A stretch of DNA of 32,880 bases from Paraspadella gotoi (GCA_051294375.1 JBJCIZ010000423.1:1-32880); one strand, 5' to 3'. Numbered from the stretch's first letter, positions 1 to 11,706 are shown. Notes: generated by a model from the letters alone, not told the origin. Translations and numbers: made by a program.

Positions 1-235
1 TGGGGATTTTTAGCGATTTTTTAGTTTTAAGAAAGAAACAAGGTTTTCAAATGTACTTCTCAATCTTCCAAAAGAACAAAGAAATAAACGAGTGTTTTCT
101 TATGGCGCCGCGAGTACTTGATCGTTGGTATAACTGTTTGATCTTTTTATCTCTTTGTCATTTTAAAGGCTAATAGCAAGGAAGGAAGGTAAGGTACCAT
201 AATAACTTTCATTAGCATTAATATCATACTTTAGC

Positions 236-264
236 AAGAGAGAGAGAGAGAGATAGGTGAAATT

Positions 265-287
<23 letters not shown>
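236..287. repeat. (GA)n microsatellite
   Basis: Runs of gagaga seen directly. Confidence 0.9.
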
Positions 288-295
<8 letters not shown>

Positions 296-383
296 ACCAA
301 CAAAGATTTGAGAAAAGGACACAGGTGAGCGGTGGAACAGGACCAGTTTTAGGCCAGATGGAGGGATAAATTTCTTTTTCAAA

Positions 384-480
384 CTCTCTCTTTCATGCTT
401 TCACTCTCTCTCTCATCTTTCTCTTTTCTCTTCTCTCTCTCTCTCTCTCTCTCTCTTTATTTTTCTCTCTCTCTCTCTCC
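384..480. repeat. (CT)n-rich microsatellite
   Basis: ctctct runs; these explain the spurious ERER-rich ORF 393-578. Confidence 0.9.
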
Positions 481-487
481 TGGAAAA

Positions 488-532
488 GTGCTGAAGAAGA
501 TTTGAAAAACAAGTCAAACACTGTTATCAGCA
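488..532 (+). ncRNA. Degenerate minimal type I hammerhead ribozyme (Penelope-like)
   Basis: CTGAAGA (491-497), extra A, stem II GATTTG/CAAGTC, then AAAC (G of GAAAC missing) and ACTGTT. Stem I is not well formed. Confidence 0.4.
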
Positions 533-809
533 GATCCGACTCTATAATTGACTTCTGTCGGTCTGTCTGTTCAATCAATCATTTATTTATTAATTAATTA
601 ATTATTTAATCAATCAATCAATTAAGTCAATCGTTATTGGCATTATGTCGTCGTCGCCATCGTCGTCGTAGTTGCTTTTTGTTATGGTCAGTGCGAAAAA
701 ATTTAAAAAACAAAACATTTGGATCAAAATAATAATTAATTGCCTAATTAATTAATTGCCTGAAACCTCTTGAGACCGATATTAAAGACGAGCGGAAAAT
801 GATCTTTCA

Positions 810-875
810 GTCTCTCTCTCTTCTCTCTCTCTCTCTCTCTCATTCTCTGTCTTTCTCTCTCTATCTCTCTCTCTT
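810..875. repeat. (CT)n microsatellite
   Basis: Seen directly. Confidence 0.9.
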
Positions 876-1548
876 AGTTTCCTCTTCTTACCAATACCAT
901 TGTTCCTGGTTATTATATAATAATATAGCAAGCGTAGTATATCTGGAAAAAAACAATAGCTAAAAATAAAGCCTCGATTTAGTGATAAAAAATATTCAGT
1001 TTGCTTCCATTTTGGAAAGCAATATCTCATCTTTGTCGACTACTTTTATATCTTTATCACTCTAATAAGGAAGAAAACATAACTGGTTGTTTTGTCATCA
1101 AGTTGTAAGGTGTTGTAGTTGTTGTAGTTGTCTGGGGTTATTGTTTAGAACCAATAAAGCGTATTGAATATGAAATTTATATGAAAACTTTAAACTTTAA
1201 ACTTTCTTAATCTACACTAGAGTAATAACGCCATATTCATTCATATTTATTAACATATTCTGACTCGTGTATGAAATAGAATCCAAATCTTATTTGCATC
1301 TTGCAGAATGAAATTTTATTTTTAAAAGTAGGGTTTTCAATATATATGTATGATAAAAGAGATACAAAACAAGTTTAAAAAATAATAATAATAAAAAAAA
1401 GAAACATGATAAAAAGAGCACCAAAAATTGTTATCTTTTTCTATATTTGGAATTAAATACTACTGTGCATTAATCTTTTAGTGACTGATAAAAGGGCAAC
1501 GTGAAATGGAGGTGGGTGGGATGCAGGCTTAGATCACAGCCATATTGT

Positions 1549-4500
1549 AAATCAGGCAGTGTGTATGAGATAGGCAGGAGAGGAAGGAGCATGGGCGTTA
1601 ACCTGGAGGTCTTTTTAGAATCAGGCAGTGTGTATGAGATAGCAGGGAGAGGAAGGAGCAGGGCGTTAACCTGGAGGTCTTTTTAGAAAATCAGGCAGTG
1701 TGTATGAGATAGCAGGGAGAGGAAGGAGGCAGGGCGTTAACCTGGAGGTCTTTTAGAAAATCAGGCAGTGTGTATGAGATAGGCAGGGAGAGGAAGGAGC
1801 AGGGCGTTAACCTGGAGGTCTTTAGAAATCAGGCAGTGTGTATGAGATAGGCCAGGAGAGGAAGGAGCAGGGCGTTAACCTGGAGGTCTTTTTAGAAAAT
1901 CAGGCAGTGTGTATGAGATAGGCAGGGAGAGGAAGGAGCAGGGCGTTAACCTGGAGGTCTTTTAGAAAATCAGGCAGTGGTGTATGAGATAGGCAGGGAG
2001 AGGAAGGAGCAGGGCGTTACCTGGAGGTCTTTTTAGAAAATCAGGCAGTGTGTATGAGATAGGCAGGGAGAGAAGGAGCAGGGCGTTAACACTGGAGGTC
2101 TTTTTAGAAATCAGGACAGTGTGTATGAGATAGGCAGGAGGGAAGGAGCAGGGCGTTAACCTGGAGGTCTTTTAGAAAATCAGGCAGTGTGTATGAGATA
2201 GGCAGGGAGAGGAAGGAGCAGGGCGTTAACTGGAGGTCTTTTTAGAAAATAGGCAGTGTGTATGAGATAGGCAGGGAGAGGAAGGAGCAGGGCGTTAACC
2301 TGGAGGTCTTTTAGAAAATCAGGCAGTGTGTATGAGATAGGCAGGGAGAGAAAGGGCAGGGCGTTAACCTGGAGGTCTTTTTAGAAATCAGGCAGTGTGT
2401 ATGAGATAGGCAGGGAGGGAAGGAGCAGGGCGTTAACCTGGAGGTCTTTTTAGAAAATCAGGCGAGTGTGTATGAGATAGGCAGGAGAGGAAGGAGCAGG
2501 GCCAGTTAACCTGGAGGTCTTTTTAGAAAATCAGGGCAGTGTGTATGAGATAGGCAGGGAGAGGAAAGGAGCAGGCGTTAACCTGGAGGTCTTTTTAGAA
2601 AATCAGCAGTGTGTATGAGATAGGCAGGGAGAGGAAGGAGCAGGGCGTTTACCTGGAGGTCTTTTAGAAAATCAGGAGTGTGTATGAGTAGGCAGGGAGA
2701 GGAAGGAGCAGGGGTTTAACCTGGAGTTTTTTAGAAAATCAGGCAGTGTGTATGAGATAGGCAGGAGAGGAAGGGGCAGGGCGTTAACCTGGAGGTCTTT
2801 TTAGAAATCAGGGCAGTGTGTATGAGATAGGCAGGGAGAGGAAGGAGCAGGGCGTTAACCTGGAGGTCTTTTTAGAAAATCAGGCAGTGTGTATGAGAAT
2901 AGCAGGGAGAGAAGGAGCAGGGCGTTAACCTGGAGGTCTTTTTTAGAAATCAGGCAGTGTGTATGAGATAGCAGGGAGAGGAAGAGCAGGCGTTAACCTG
3001 GAGGTCTTTTTAGAAAATCAGGCAGTGTGTATGAGATAGGCAGGGAGAGGAAGGAGCAGGGCGTTAACCTGGAGGTCTTTTTAGAAAATCAGGCAGTGTG
3101 TATGAGATAAGGCAGGGAGAGGAAGGAGCAGGCGTTAACTGGAGGTCTTTTTAGAAAATCAGGCAGTGTGTATGAGATAGGCAGGGAGAGGAAGGAGCAG
3201 GGGTTAACCTGGGTCTTTTAGAAAATCAGGCAGTGTGTTGAGATAGCAGGGAGAGGAAGGAGCAGGGCCGTTAACCTGGAGGTCTTTTTAGAAAATCAGG
3301 CAGTGTGTATGAGATAGGCAGGGAGAGGAAGGAGCAGGGCGTTTACCTGGGAGGTCTTTTTAGAAAATCAGGCAGTGGTGTATGAGATAGGCAGGGAGAG
3401 GAAGGAGCAGGGCGTTAACCTGGAGGTCTTTTAAAATCAGGCAGTGGTGTATGAGATAGGCAGGGAGAGGAAGGAGCAGGGCGTTAACCTGGAGTCTTTT
3501 TAGAAAATCAGGCAGTGTGTATGAGATAGGCAGGAAGGAAGGAGCAGGCGTTAACCTGGGTCTTTTTAGAAAATCAGGCAGTGTGTATGAGATAGGCAGG
3601 GAGAGGAAGGAGCAGGGCGTTACCTGGAGGTCTTTTTAGAAAATCAGGCAGTGTGTATGAGATAGGCAGGGAGAGGAAGGAGCAGGGCGTTAACCTGGAG
3701 GTCTTTTTAGAAAATCAGGCAGTGTGATATGAGATAGGCCAGGGAGAGGAAGGAGCAGGGCGTTAACCTGGAGGTCTTTTTAGAAATCAGGCAGTGTGTA
3801 TGAGATAGGCAGGGAGAGGAAGGAGCAGGGCGTTAACCTGGAGGTCTTTTAGAAAATCAGGCAGTGTGTATGAGATAGGCAGGGAGAGGAAGTAGCAGGG
3901 CGTTAACCTGGAGGTCTTTTTAGAAAATCAGGCAGTGTGTTAGATAGGCAGGGAGAGGAAGGAGCAGGGCGTTAACTGGAGTCTTTTTAGAAAATAGGCA
4001 GTGTGTATGAGATAGGCAGGGAGAGGAAGGAGCAGGGCGTTAACCTGGAGGTCTTTTTAGAAAAATGCAGGCAGTTTGTGTATGAGATAGGCAGTGAGAG
4101 GAAGGAGCAGGGCGTTAACCTGGAGGTCTTTTAGAAAATCAGGCAGTGTGTAGAATAGGCAGGGAGAGGAAGGAGCAGGGCGTTAACCTGGAGGTCTTTT
4201 TAGAAAATCAGGCAGTGTGTATGAGATAGGCAGGGAGAGAAGGAGCAGGGCGTTAACCTGGAGGTCTTTTTAGAAAATCAGGCAGTTGTGTATGAGATAG
4301 GCAGGGAGAGGAAGGAGCAGGCGTTAACCTGGAGGTCTTTTTAGAAAATCAGGCAGTGTGTATGAAGATAGGCAGGGAGAGGAAGGAGCAGGGCGTTAAC
4401 CTGGAGGTCTTTTTAGAAAATCAGGCAGTGTGTATGAGATAGGCAGGGAGAGGAAGGAGCAGGGCGTTAACCTGGAGGTCTTTTTAGAAAATCAGGCAGT

Positions 4501-6324
4501 GTGTATGAGATAGGCAGGGAGAGGAAGGAGCAGGCGTTAACCTGGAGGTCTTTTAGAAAATCAGGCAGTGTGTATGAGATAGGCAGGGAGAGGAAGGAAG
4601 CAGGGGCGTTAACCTGGAGGTCTTTTTAGAAAATCAGGCAGTGTGTATGAGATAGGCAGGGAGAGGAAGGAGCAGGGCGTTAACCTGGAGGTTTTTTAGA
4701 AACAGCAGTGTGTATGAGAAGGCAGAAGAAGGAGCAGGGCGTTAACCGGAGGTCTTTTTAGAAAATCAGGCAGTGTGTATGAGATAGGCAGGGAGAGGAA
4801 GGAGCAGGGCGTTAACCTGGAGGTCTTTTTAGAAAATCAGGCAGTGTGTATGAGATAGGCAGGGAGAGGAAGGAGCAGGCGTTAACCTGGAGGTCTTTTT
4901 AGAAATCAGGCAGTGTGTATGAGATAGGCAGGAGAGGAAGGAGCAGGGCGTTAACCTGGAGGTCTTTTTAGAAATCAGGCAGTGTGTATGAGATAGGCAG
5001 GGAGAGGAGGAGCAGGGCGTTAACCTGGAGGTCTTTTTAGAAAATCAGGCAGTGTGTATGAGATAGCAGGGAGAGGAAGGAGCAGGGCGTTAACCTGGAG
5101 GTCTTTTTAGAAAATCAGGCAGTGGTGTATGAGATAGGCAGGGAGAGGAAGGAGCAGGGCGTTAACCTGGAGGTCTTTTTAGAAAAATCAGGCAGTGTGT
5201 ATGAGATAGGCAGGGAGAGGAAGGAGCAGGGCGTTAAACCTGGAGGTCTTTTTAGAAAATCAGGCAGTGTGTATGAGATAGGCAGGGAGAGGAAGGAGCC
5301 AGGGCGTTAACCTGGAGGTCTTTTTAGAAAATCAGGCAGTGTGTATGAGATAGGCAGGGAGAGGAAGGAGCAGGGCGTTAACCTGGAGGTCTTTTAGAAA
5401 ATCAGGCAGTGTGTATGAGATAGGCAGGGAGAGGAAGGAGCAGGGCGTTAACCTGGAGTCTTTTTAGAAAATCAGGCAGTGTGTATGAAGATAGGCAGGG
5501 AGAGGAAGGAGCGGCAGGGGCGTTAACCTGGAGGTCTTTTAGAAAATCAGGCAGTGTGTATGAGATAGGCAGGGAGAGGAAGGAGCAGGGCGTTAACCTG
5601 GAGGTCTTTTTAGAAAATCAGGCAGTGTGTATGAGATAGGCAGGAGAGGAAGGAGCAGGGCGTTAACCTGGAGGTCTTTTAGAAAATCAGGCAGTGTGTA
5701 TGAGATAGGCAGGGAGAGGAAGGAGCAGGGCGTTAACCTGGAGGTCTTTTTAGAAAATCAGGCAGTGTGTATGAGATAGGCAGGGAGAGGAAGGAGCAGG
5801 GCGTTAACCTGGAGTCTTTTTAGAAAATCAGGCAGTGTGTATGAGATAGGCAGGAGAGGAAGGAGCAGGGCGTTAACCTGGAGGTCTTTTAGAAAATCAG
5901 GCAGTGTGTATGAGATAGGCAGGGAGAGGAAGGAGCAGGGCGTTAACCTGGAGGTCTTTTTAGAAAATCAGGCAGTGTGTATGAGATAGGCAGGGAGAGG
6001 AAGGAGCAGGGCGTTAACCTGGAGGTCTTTTTAGAAATCAGGCAGTGTGTATGAGATAGGCAGGGAGAGGAAGGAGCAGGGCGTTAACCTGGAGGTCTTT
6101 TTAGAAAATCAGGCAGTGTGTATGAGATAGCAGGGAGAGAAGGAGCAGGGCGTTAACCTGGAGGTCTTTTTAGAAATCAGGCAGTGTGTATGAATAGGCA
6201 GGGAGAGGAAGGAGCAGGGCGTTACCTGAGGTCTTTTTAAAAAATCAGCATGTGTATGAGATAGGCAGGGAGAGGAAGGAGCAGGCGTTAACCTGGAGGT
6301 CTTTTTAGAAAATCAGGCAGTGTG
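1549..6324. repeat. Tandem satellite, 71-bp unit, about 68 copies
   Basis: Consensus AAAATCAGGCAGTGTGTATGAGATAGGCAGGGAGAGGAAGGAGCAGGGCGTTAACCTGGAGGTCTTTTTAG repeated head-to-tail; differences between copies are almost all 1-nt indels. Confidence 0.98.
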
Positions 6325-6720
6325 GCGGGGTGGGGGAAACGAATTGAGGTGTCAAATTGGCCTCTTTAATAATCAGTAAATTAATAAGGAAGACTCATTA
6401 CAATGTTATATACGCATAGGAAATGCCAAACCGAGACATTCTAATCCGACTATCAGTAATTTATATAAATTTTACAGTTGCATAGATATACTTGGTCAAG
6501 GTCAGTCTTCTTGTCGCAAGTCGTAGATGTTTGCCGCTTACATATATATTAGTATTATTAAATTATAATTAAATGAATGAGTTTGCTTAAATCCTTCTCC
6601 AAGTATTAATTCGGTTTATATATTAAAAGTTTTTTACCGCTGACAGTGGAGAGCTATGGTAGTCGTTATCCAATTGTTAGTAAACTATAATTAAATTATA
6701 AGACGGTGTCAGAATTTGAG

Positions 6721-7030
6721 TCCATCTGTCTCAAATTGAGACAGTGGATTCAATACAAAATGGTCCAAGTATGGCCAACAGCTGGGTTGCCTGTGATGCC
6801 CATTGGGATGGGGCATCTCACTGTTGGCTTTGGGGGCTTCCGACCCTCAGTGACGCCTCCAGTCACTGGCGCGGTTACCCTAGGACGGTCTCGCTTTGCC
6901 AACGCAGAGGGAAGTCGTTAGGACTGTGGATGGAACACTACGCCTGGGATGGTGTGTTCCCCCTCTGAGCCAATGGATTTGGCTGACGATGGTGTGGACG
7001 TGAGGCGGTGTGAATATACCGCCACAAAGT
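6721..7030 (-). mobile_element. Highly structured GC-rich short element carrying a twister ribozyme
   Basis: GC-rich island in AT-rich DNA with many hairpins. Minus strand has A-box-like TGGCTCAGAGG and B-box-like GTTCCATCC upstream of the twister. Boundaries are approximate. Confidence 0.55.
6823..6903 (-). ncRNA. Twister ribozyme, P5-type permutation
   Basis: Minus strand reads GUUGGC-AAA-GCGA-GA-CCG-UCCUAGGG-U^AA-CCGC-GC-CAGUGAC-UGGAGGC-GUCACUG-AGGG-U-CGG-AA-GC-CCCC-AAA-GCCAAC. P5 6 bp, P2 3/4, P3 7 bp, P4 3/4. Pseudoknots T1 CCG/CGG and T2 GC/GC are perfect. Catalytic GA and U^AA present; predicted cut between 6877 and 6876. Confidence 0.85.
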
Positions 7031-9186
7031 ATTTATATCCTACAATCGGATCATCGACACGGGCTCGTTTCCCGATGACATGGCATGGTCCGTTTCGAAA
7101 ATGATTTATCCAATCAGTCCTCGGCGGATTTCATTCGTTTTCTATTTGGCCCGGAACGAGGATTTCGGTTTTTACCGTCGATATCCGTCGGACTAATGAT
7201 TAGTACTACGTAGTTCAAATCTTATGTTAGCCCACTTTTTCGCTCGTTAAGGGACCAGTGATAAAATGATATCATAAGCTTAAGGGTCTATCATTAAAGG
7301 AATTCGAATGGTGATAGTCATTAATTTTTTCTTCGCGCGGGAAAGTGGAGAAAAAATTCCCATCTCCTTGTTGCAATTCGAACAGGACGAGATATTTATT
7401 GGAAAATTTTTTAATTGATCTCCCCTAAATACTGATACCCTCCATTCTCTTTACTTTCACTTGGGAAGTCATTTTTCCATGAATTCGAATTTTTATTTTT
7501 TAATGCAGAAAGCTGAATTCTTGGGTCTGGGCCTCCTCTGATAAAGGATTTTAATAGTGATATCATCTCCTTCATACACGCACAGGAAAGGACAGAAAAA
7601 AAAGGTCAAATCCCTCTTAAAATTCAAACAAGGATGTTCATTTCATTTGGTAAACATTTCTCATGCCCTATGTGATATCTTTCCGTTTCGTTGACTGTAG
7701 TTTGCAACAGATTTAATTTTAGGAGAGATAAAGAGCGCTTCCCTTCTTCTCATACTTGTATTAATGTTGGAGGTTACGTTTCTATCCAATTAGTGAATTG
7801 ATTTGAAAATAAAAATGATTTAAAATTTATCCTTACCATAATTTTTTAACTATTCCCAATTTTTTTCCTTTTTTTATTTTTTGAAGAAAAAAAAATAATC
7901 AGCGTACGAGGTGGCCCCGACGGAAAGTGATGAACTCAACATCGTACGGAAAAGACTGGACTAATTCCAACAATAAAATGGAGATATTGATGCTAAAATC
8001 TTATTATAAAGTTAGTAAATAGTGAATGAATAAAATTTAACTCTTAACCAATATTTTTAACAGAAATAGAAGACGACCAGCAAAATACGTCTGCGAGGCT
8101 AATGAATTTCAAAATCAAATTTATAATAAAATTGAAAATGCATATTGGTTCATTATATTTTTTTTCCTTTCTCTCTCATTTCTATCTCACTCGTTTGTAA
8201 TAAAATTTCTAATAAAAAGAATTCAATGACAAAGTGTTCGCCGTCGTTCTTCATCTTTTCGTCATCGGTTTGAGAGAGAGAGAGAGAGTGAGTTGGTTTT
8301 GTCTTCGTCTTCACAGTCAGTTTTCATCGTGTCGTTTTCACGATTTCTTTTCTAAAATTCTTTCCGAATAGGAGTCTACGTCGTTTCTTAGAAATCGAGG
8401 AAGACTTTTTCAATGGAGATTTTTGTTAAAATCTGACTACCAAATAATGTCAACGCCCCTGGGAAAAATTCAGATGAAAAATAGATGTTAAAAACACTCG
8501 ATTCCGATCCTGTTACATCTCAAGGGCTCGCATTTTTTTCTCTGACAAATAACCATCATTTTGACATCAAACCATCCGATTCAAATGGACTGGTCCGCTC
8601 GGGAAAATATTTTTGACGCAATTTTTATATATAAAATAAAGGGATTTCTCAACTTCAATACAATGTCAACGCATTTAAGGTATGTTGTCATTTTACAATA
8701 AACTTCAAATTCAGGAATCCAATAGCCATATGTCTGAAGGGCTCTCAAAATTTTTCTTTACATTTCATTTGGTTATTTTAATATGATACGATCATGGTAA
8801 AGTGAATTAGTCCATTTTTGGTAATTTTTTATTTAAAGTAAAAGTAAAAGAGGAGCTAACGATCGGAATTCTAAGAGTTTTCAACCGGGAGTTTAGATCG
8901 GAAAAAATCTTAATATGGGCGAAAATCTTCCAAAGAAGGGGTGGATTTTCCAAAGATTTGGTTAATATTTTCTATATTTATGGTCGGATTTTTTTGAAAC
9001 TTAAAAATAGCAATATTGCCATCATTCTACATTGGCCGGTCAAAGATATATTAAAAAAACCTCTGACTTTGTTCGTCAGAGCTTAGTCCTATTCGAATCT
9101 AAAAAAAAAACCAAATTTAGAAAATATTGGAAGACCCGGTAAATCCAGTGATTATTCTATGAAAGTTCGTTCAATTTAAACGATGA

Positions 9187-9228
9187 CTCTCTCTCTTTCT
9201 CTCTCTCTCTCTGTCTCTCTCCTCTCTT
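9187..9228. repeat. (CT)n microsatellite
   Basis: Seen directly. Confidence 0.85.
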
Positions 9229-9242
9229 TAACTTACACACAG

Positions 9243-9537
9243 TTTCGTCGTCGTCGTCTTCACCGTCGTCGTCATTATCACCGTCATTTTCGTCGTCGTT
9301 TTCGTCGTCGTTTTCACCGTCATTTTCGTCGTCGTTTTTGTCATCTTTTTCGTCGTCGTTTTCGTCGTAATTTTCGTCGTCATCGTTGTCTTCGTCGTCA
9401 TCGTTGTCTTCGTCGTCATCTTACGTTGTTTTTGTCGTCGTCTTCATCGTTTTCGTTGTCGTTTTCGTCGTCGTCTTCGTCATTGTTTTCTTTGTCGTTT
9501 TCGTCGTCGTTTTCATCGTTTCGTTGTCGTTTTCGTT
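9243..9537. repeat. (CGT)n/TTTTCGTCGTCG compound microsatellite
   Basis: Seen directly; explains ORFs 9183-9710 and 9228-9419. Confidence 0.9.
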
Positions 9538-9591
9538 ATAATAAATTTATAGGCAATTTGGTTTCAGTTTACAACAAATTTTTATTTCAAA

Positions 9592-9642
9592 GAAACGTTT
9601 CAAAACGTTTCGGCTTTGAAATGCAAGCCTTCATCAGCGTAG
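9592..9642 (-). ncRNA. Minimal type I hammerhead ribozyme motif (Penelope-like)
   Basis: Minus strand ACG-CTGATGA-A-GGCTT-GCATTTCA-AAGCC-GAAACGTT. Core and 5-bp stem II intact, palindromic ACGT stem III; stem I poor. Confidence 0.6.
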
Positions 9643-9714
9643 ATATGCAAGTATCTTCGCCGTTCGTGGCAATTTTCTTATATATTTTTATATCGATCGA
9701 TAGGAAATGATGTC

Positions 9715-9945
9715 AATATTCGCATTGCAAAATTTCAAGTCAATCGGTCAACGCGTTTAGAAATCGGCAGGCACAAAACCCGCCGTTTTTTCATCCCCTC
9801 TTCGCAAAACAGATTCGCCGATTCGAAAAATAATTTTTTTGGTTCTCACTAAACGTTTGAACTAGCGCTCGCTTCGTAGTTCTTTTTATTTAAGCGCGAG
9901 CGATCGAAGCGGCAGAGGCGGTAAACTAAAAAATGCGCGTTTGGG
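9715..9945. mobile_element. Probable non-autonomous Helitron/HINE (DINE-like) remnant
   Basis: AAATTTCAAGTCAATCGGTCAACGCGTTTAG motif and the inverted pair GCGCTCGCTTCG / GCGCGAGCGATCGAAGCG resemble such elements; recognised by pattern only. Confidence 0.35.
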
Positions 9946-10579
9946 TCCTTAATTATATTTTTTTGCTTTTTAAAGAATTATAAATAAATGAATTTGAAGA
10001 TCAAATAAGAGGAAAACTCAACTTAAATTAACTCTCCACTCAAATTAAACTAATAAATAAGCATGTGAATGGGAATGGGAATTAAAGTATAAAACATATT
10101 TTGTAGATCCTCGTCACAAATAATAGAATTCTTTTCTTATTGTAGAACTTACCCGAATCGCAACAAAATTATCATAAATTCGGTCATTTTCCTCTCTCTC
10201 TCAATCGCGCCGTTTTCTCTTTTCCCTCCCTCAATCAAACTTACCCTAATAATTCACGCGGTTTCATCTCTCAGGTCATCGTCATATTCATATGAAGATT
10301 CATGATCGTTTTATGCTCAGCAAGAGATAGTCGCCGATATCAACCAGTTTTTCTACAAAACAAAACGTAGGTACGTTACATAAACCCAAAACAATAATAA
10401 ATATAACAATATTAAAAGCAGATTATTAATTGATTATGACGTGAAAGGAAATGAGAGAAAAACAAATATTTTTGTTTTTAATTTAAAATTTGGATGATCC
10501 GCCGGAAACAAAATACGAGTCTCTGATTGGTCGAATTGTAGTCGGGCATTGCATATATAAGCATGACACCTTCAGTCGT

Positions 10580-10870
10580 GACCCGGTGGCTCATCGAGTA
10601 AAGCCATCAGCTCATGACCACTAGGTACCGGGTTCAATCCCAACCCGGTACCTACCCTGTGGGATGCGTGAGGACGGCCGGAAGCTGCCTTGGGGGCGTG
10701 GAAAACCCTCAAGCCTGGTTCAAAGCCCAGGACCCGTTCCTTGGCTGCTAGAGGGGGTTAAAGAAGTTCTTCAGCCCCACTTAGCGCTTTATCCACAGAA
10801 CAACCAATGGAACAGGCCTGTGGAGAATGCCCTTACCTCTGATTCCATTGTATAAATAGCCAACGTTTTT
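10580..10870 (+). mobile_element. tRNA-derived SINE-like element with internal twister ribozyme
   Basis: A box TGGCTCATCGAG (10587-10598), CT-CAT-GA anticodon-like loop, B box GGTTCAATCCC (10631-10641), twister fold, 3' hairpin CAATGGAA/TTCCATTG, T5 run at 10866-10870. Confidence 0.75.
10659..10737 (+). ncRNA. Twister ribozyme, P5-type (partly degenerate)
   Basis: P3 CUUGGGGG/CCCUCAAG, P4 CCUGG/CCAGG, L4 U-UCA-AA-GC. T2 GC(10687-88)/GC(10725-26), T1 UGA(10669-71)/UCA(10720-22), P5 GUGGG/CCCGU. The conserved A of GA is missing, P2 is imperfect and the cut site reads G^AA. Confidence 0.7.
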
Positions 10871-11706
10871 GTATTGTTTCACTGACACCGTCCATGCTTT
10901 CTCTATCAAAAAGGCGAAAACCGCCAATGACTGAAGCTTCACTATAGTGGGTTGATAGGTTATTTAAGATATTTGTTGTATCTGCTTATGAGCAGATTTC
11001 GGCTCTATAATTCACCTGGTCGGTCTTTCGCTCCCCCTCGGTAAGTTACTTATATCATCTCTGAACATCGAATTATCAAAAATTATGCAAAGCAAAAGAT
11101 GTCCATCCCCCCTCAGCTTAAAGTGTTAATAATTAATTACTGATGATTAGAATGGACGATTTACTCGAAGTTTATTGATTGGGATAAAAGTTAGGAGATA
11201 CAGCTGGAAAACGAATTTTGATGAAATCGTGAAAGTGGAAATAAGTTTAAATGATAAAGATACATTTCACTATTTCATTTTCCTTTTTTCTCTTTTATAT
11301 GGAAAGAAGTTACAACTATTTATTAATTTGTTAAATATTTGATTAATTAATTAATCATGCATATTGTTTATTTTTAATTATATATGAGCAAACGGAAAAA
11401 CATAATAAAATGGAGAGAAAAAAAACAAAAACAGTTAATTAAATAAAATTAATTAATTAAAAATTGTTATTTTGTAAAAAAAGGAACAAGTTAATGCAAG
11501 ATATATGTTACGCCGCAAACTCACGAAGCTGTTTCCCTTCTACGGCCGGATGGATTCGGAGACTTGGTTTGACAAACGGCAAACTATGTTTGAATGTATG
11601 AAGCAACGTTTTGCCAAATGAATTTGATATGAAAAATCTTAAAAGTATAGTGATCTCGCCAGACCTTACTATCAAAGAAAATTAATGAAAAAGTACTATA
11701 ATCTAA

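Noticed and set aside
1549-6324. 71-bp array as a CRISPR array, coding repeat or ribozyme satellite
   Set aside because: No unique spacers, unit length is not a multiple of 3, and there is no hammerhead or twister core on either strand
6706-6968. Two + strand ORFs
   Set aside because: By-products of GC-rich structured RNA encoded on the minus strand
6975-7025. HDV-like ribozyme on the minus strand (ACG-UCCAC..CGU)
   Set aside because: L3 is too long and no consistent P1, P1.1 or P2 could be built
9183-9710. 175-aa Arg/Ser-rich ORF
   Set aside because: Translation of CT and CGT microsatellites
10580-10655. Functional tRNA-Met gene (likewise tRNA-Gly at 16141-16209)
   Set aside because: Anticodon and other stems are broken; only the promoter boxes and partial arms remain
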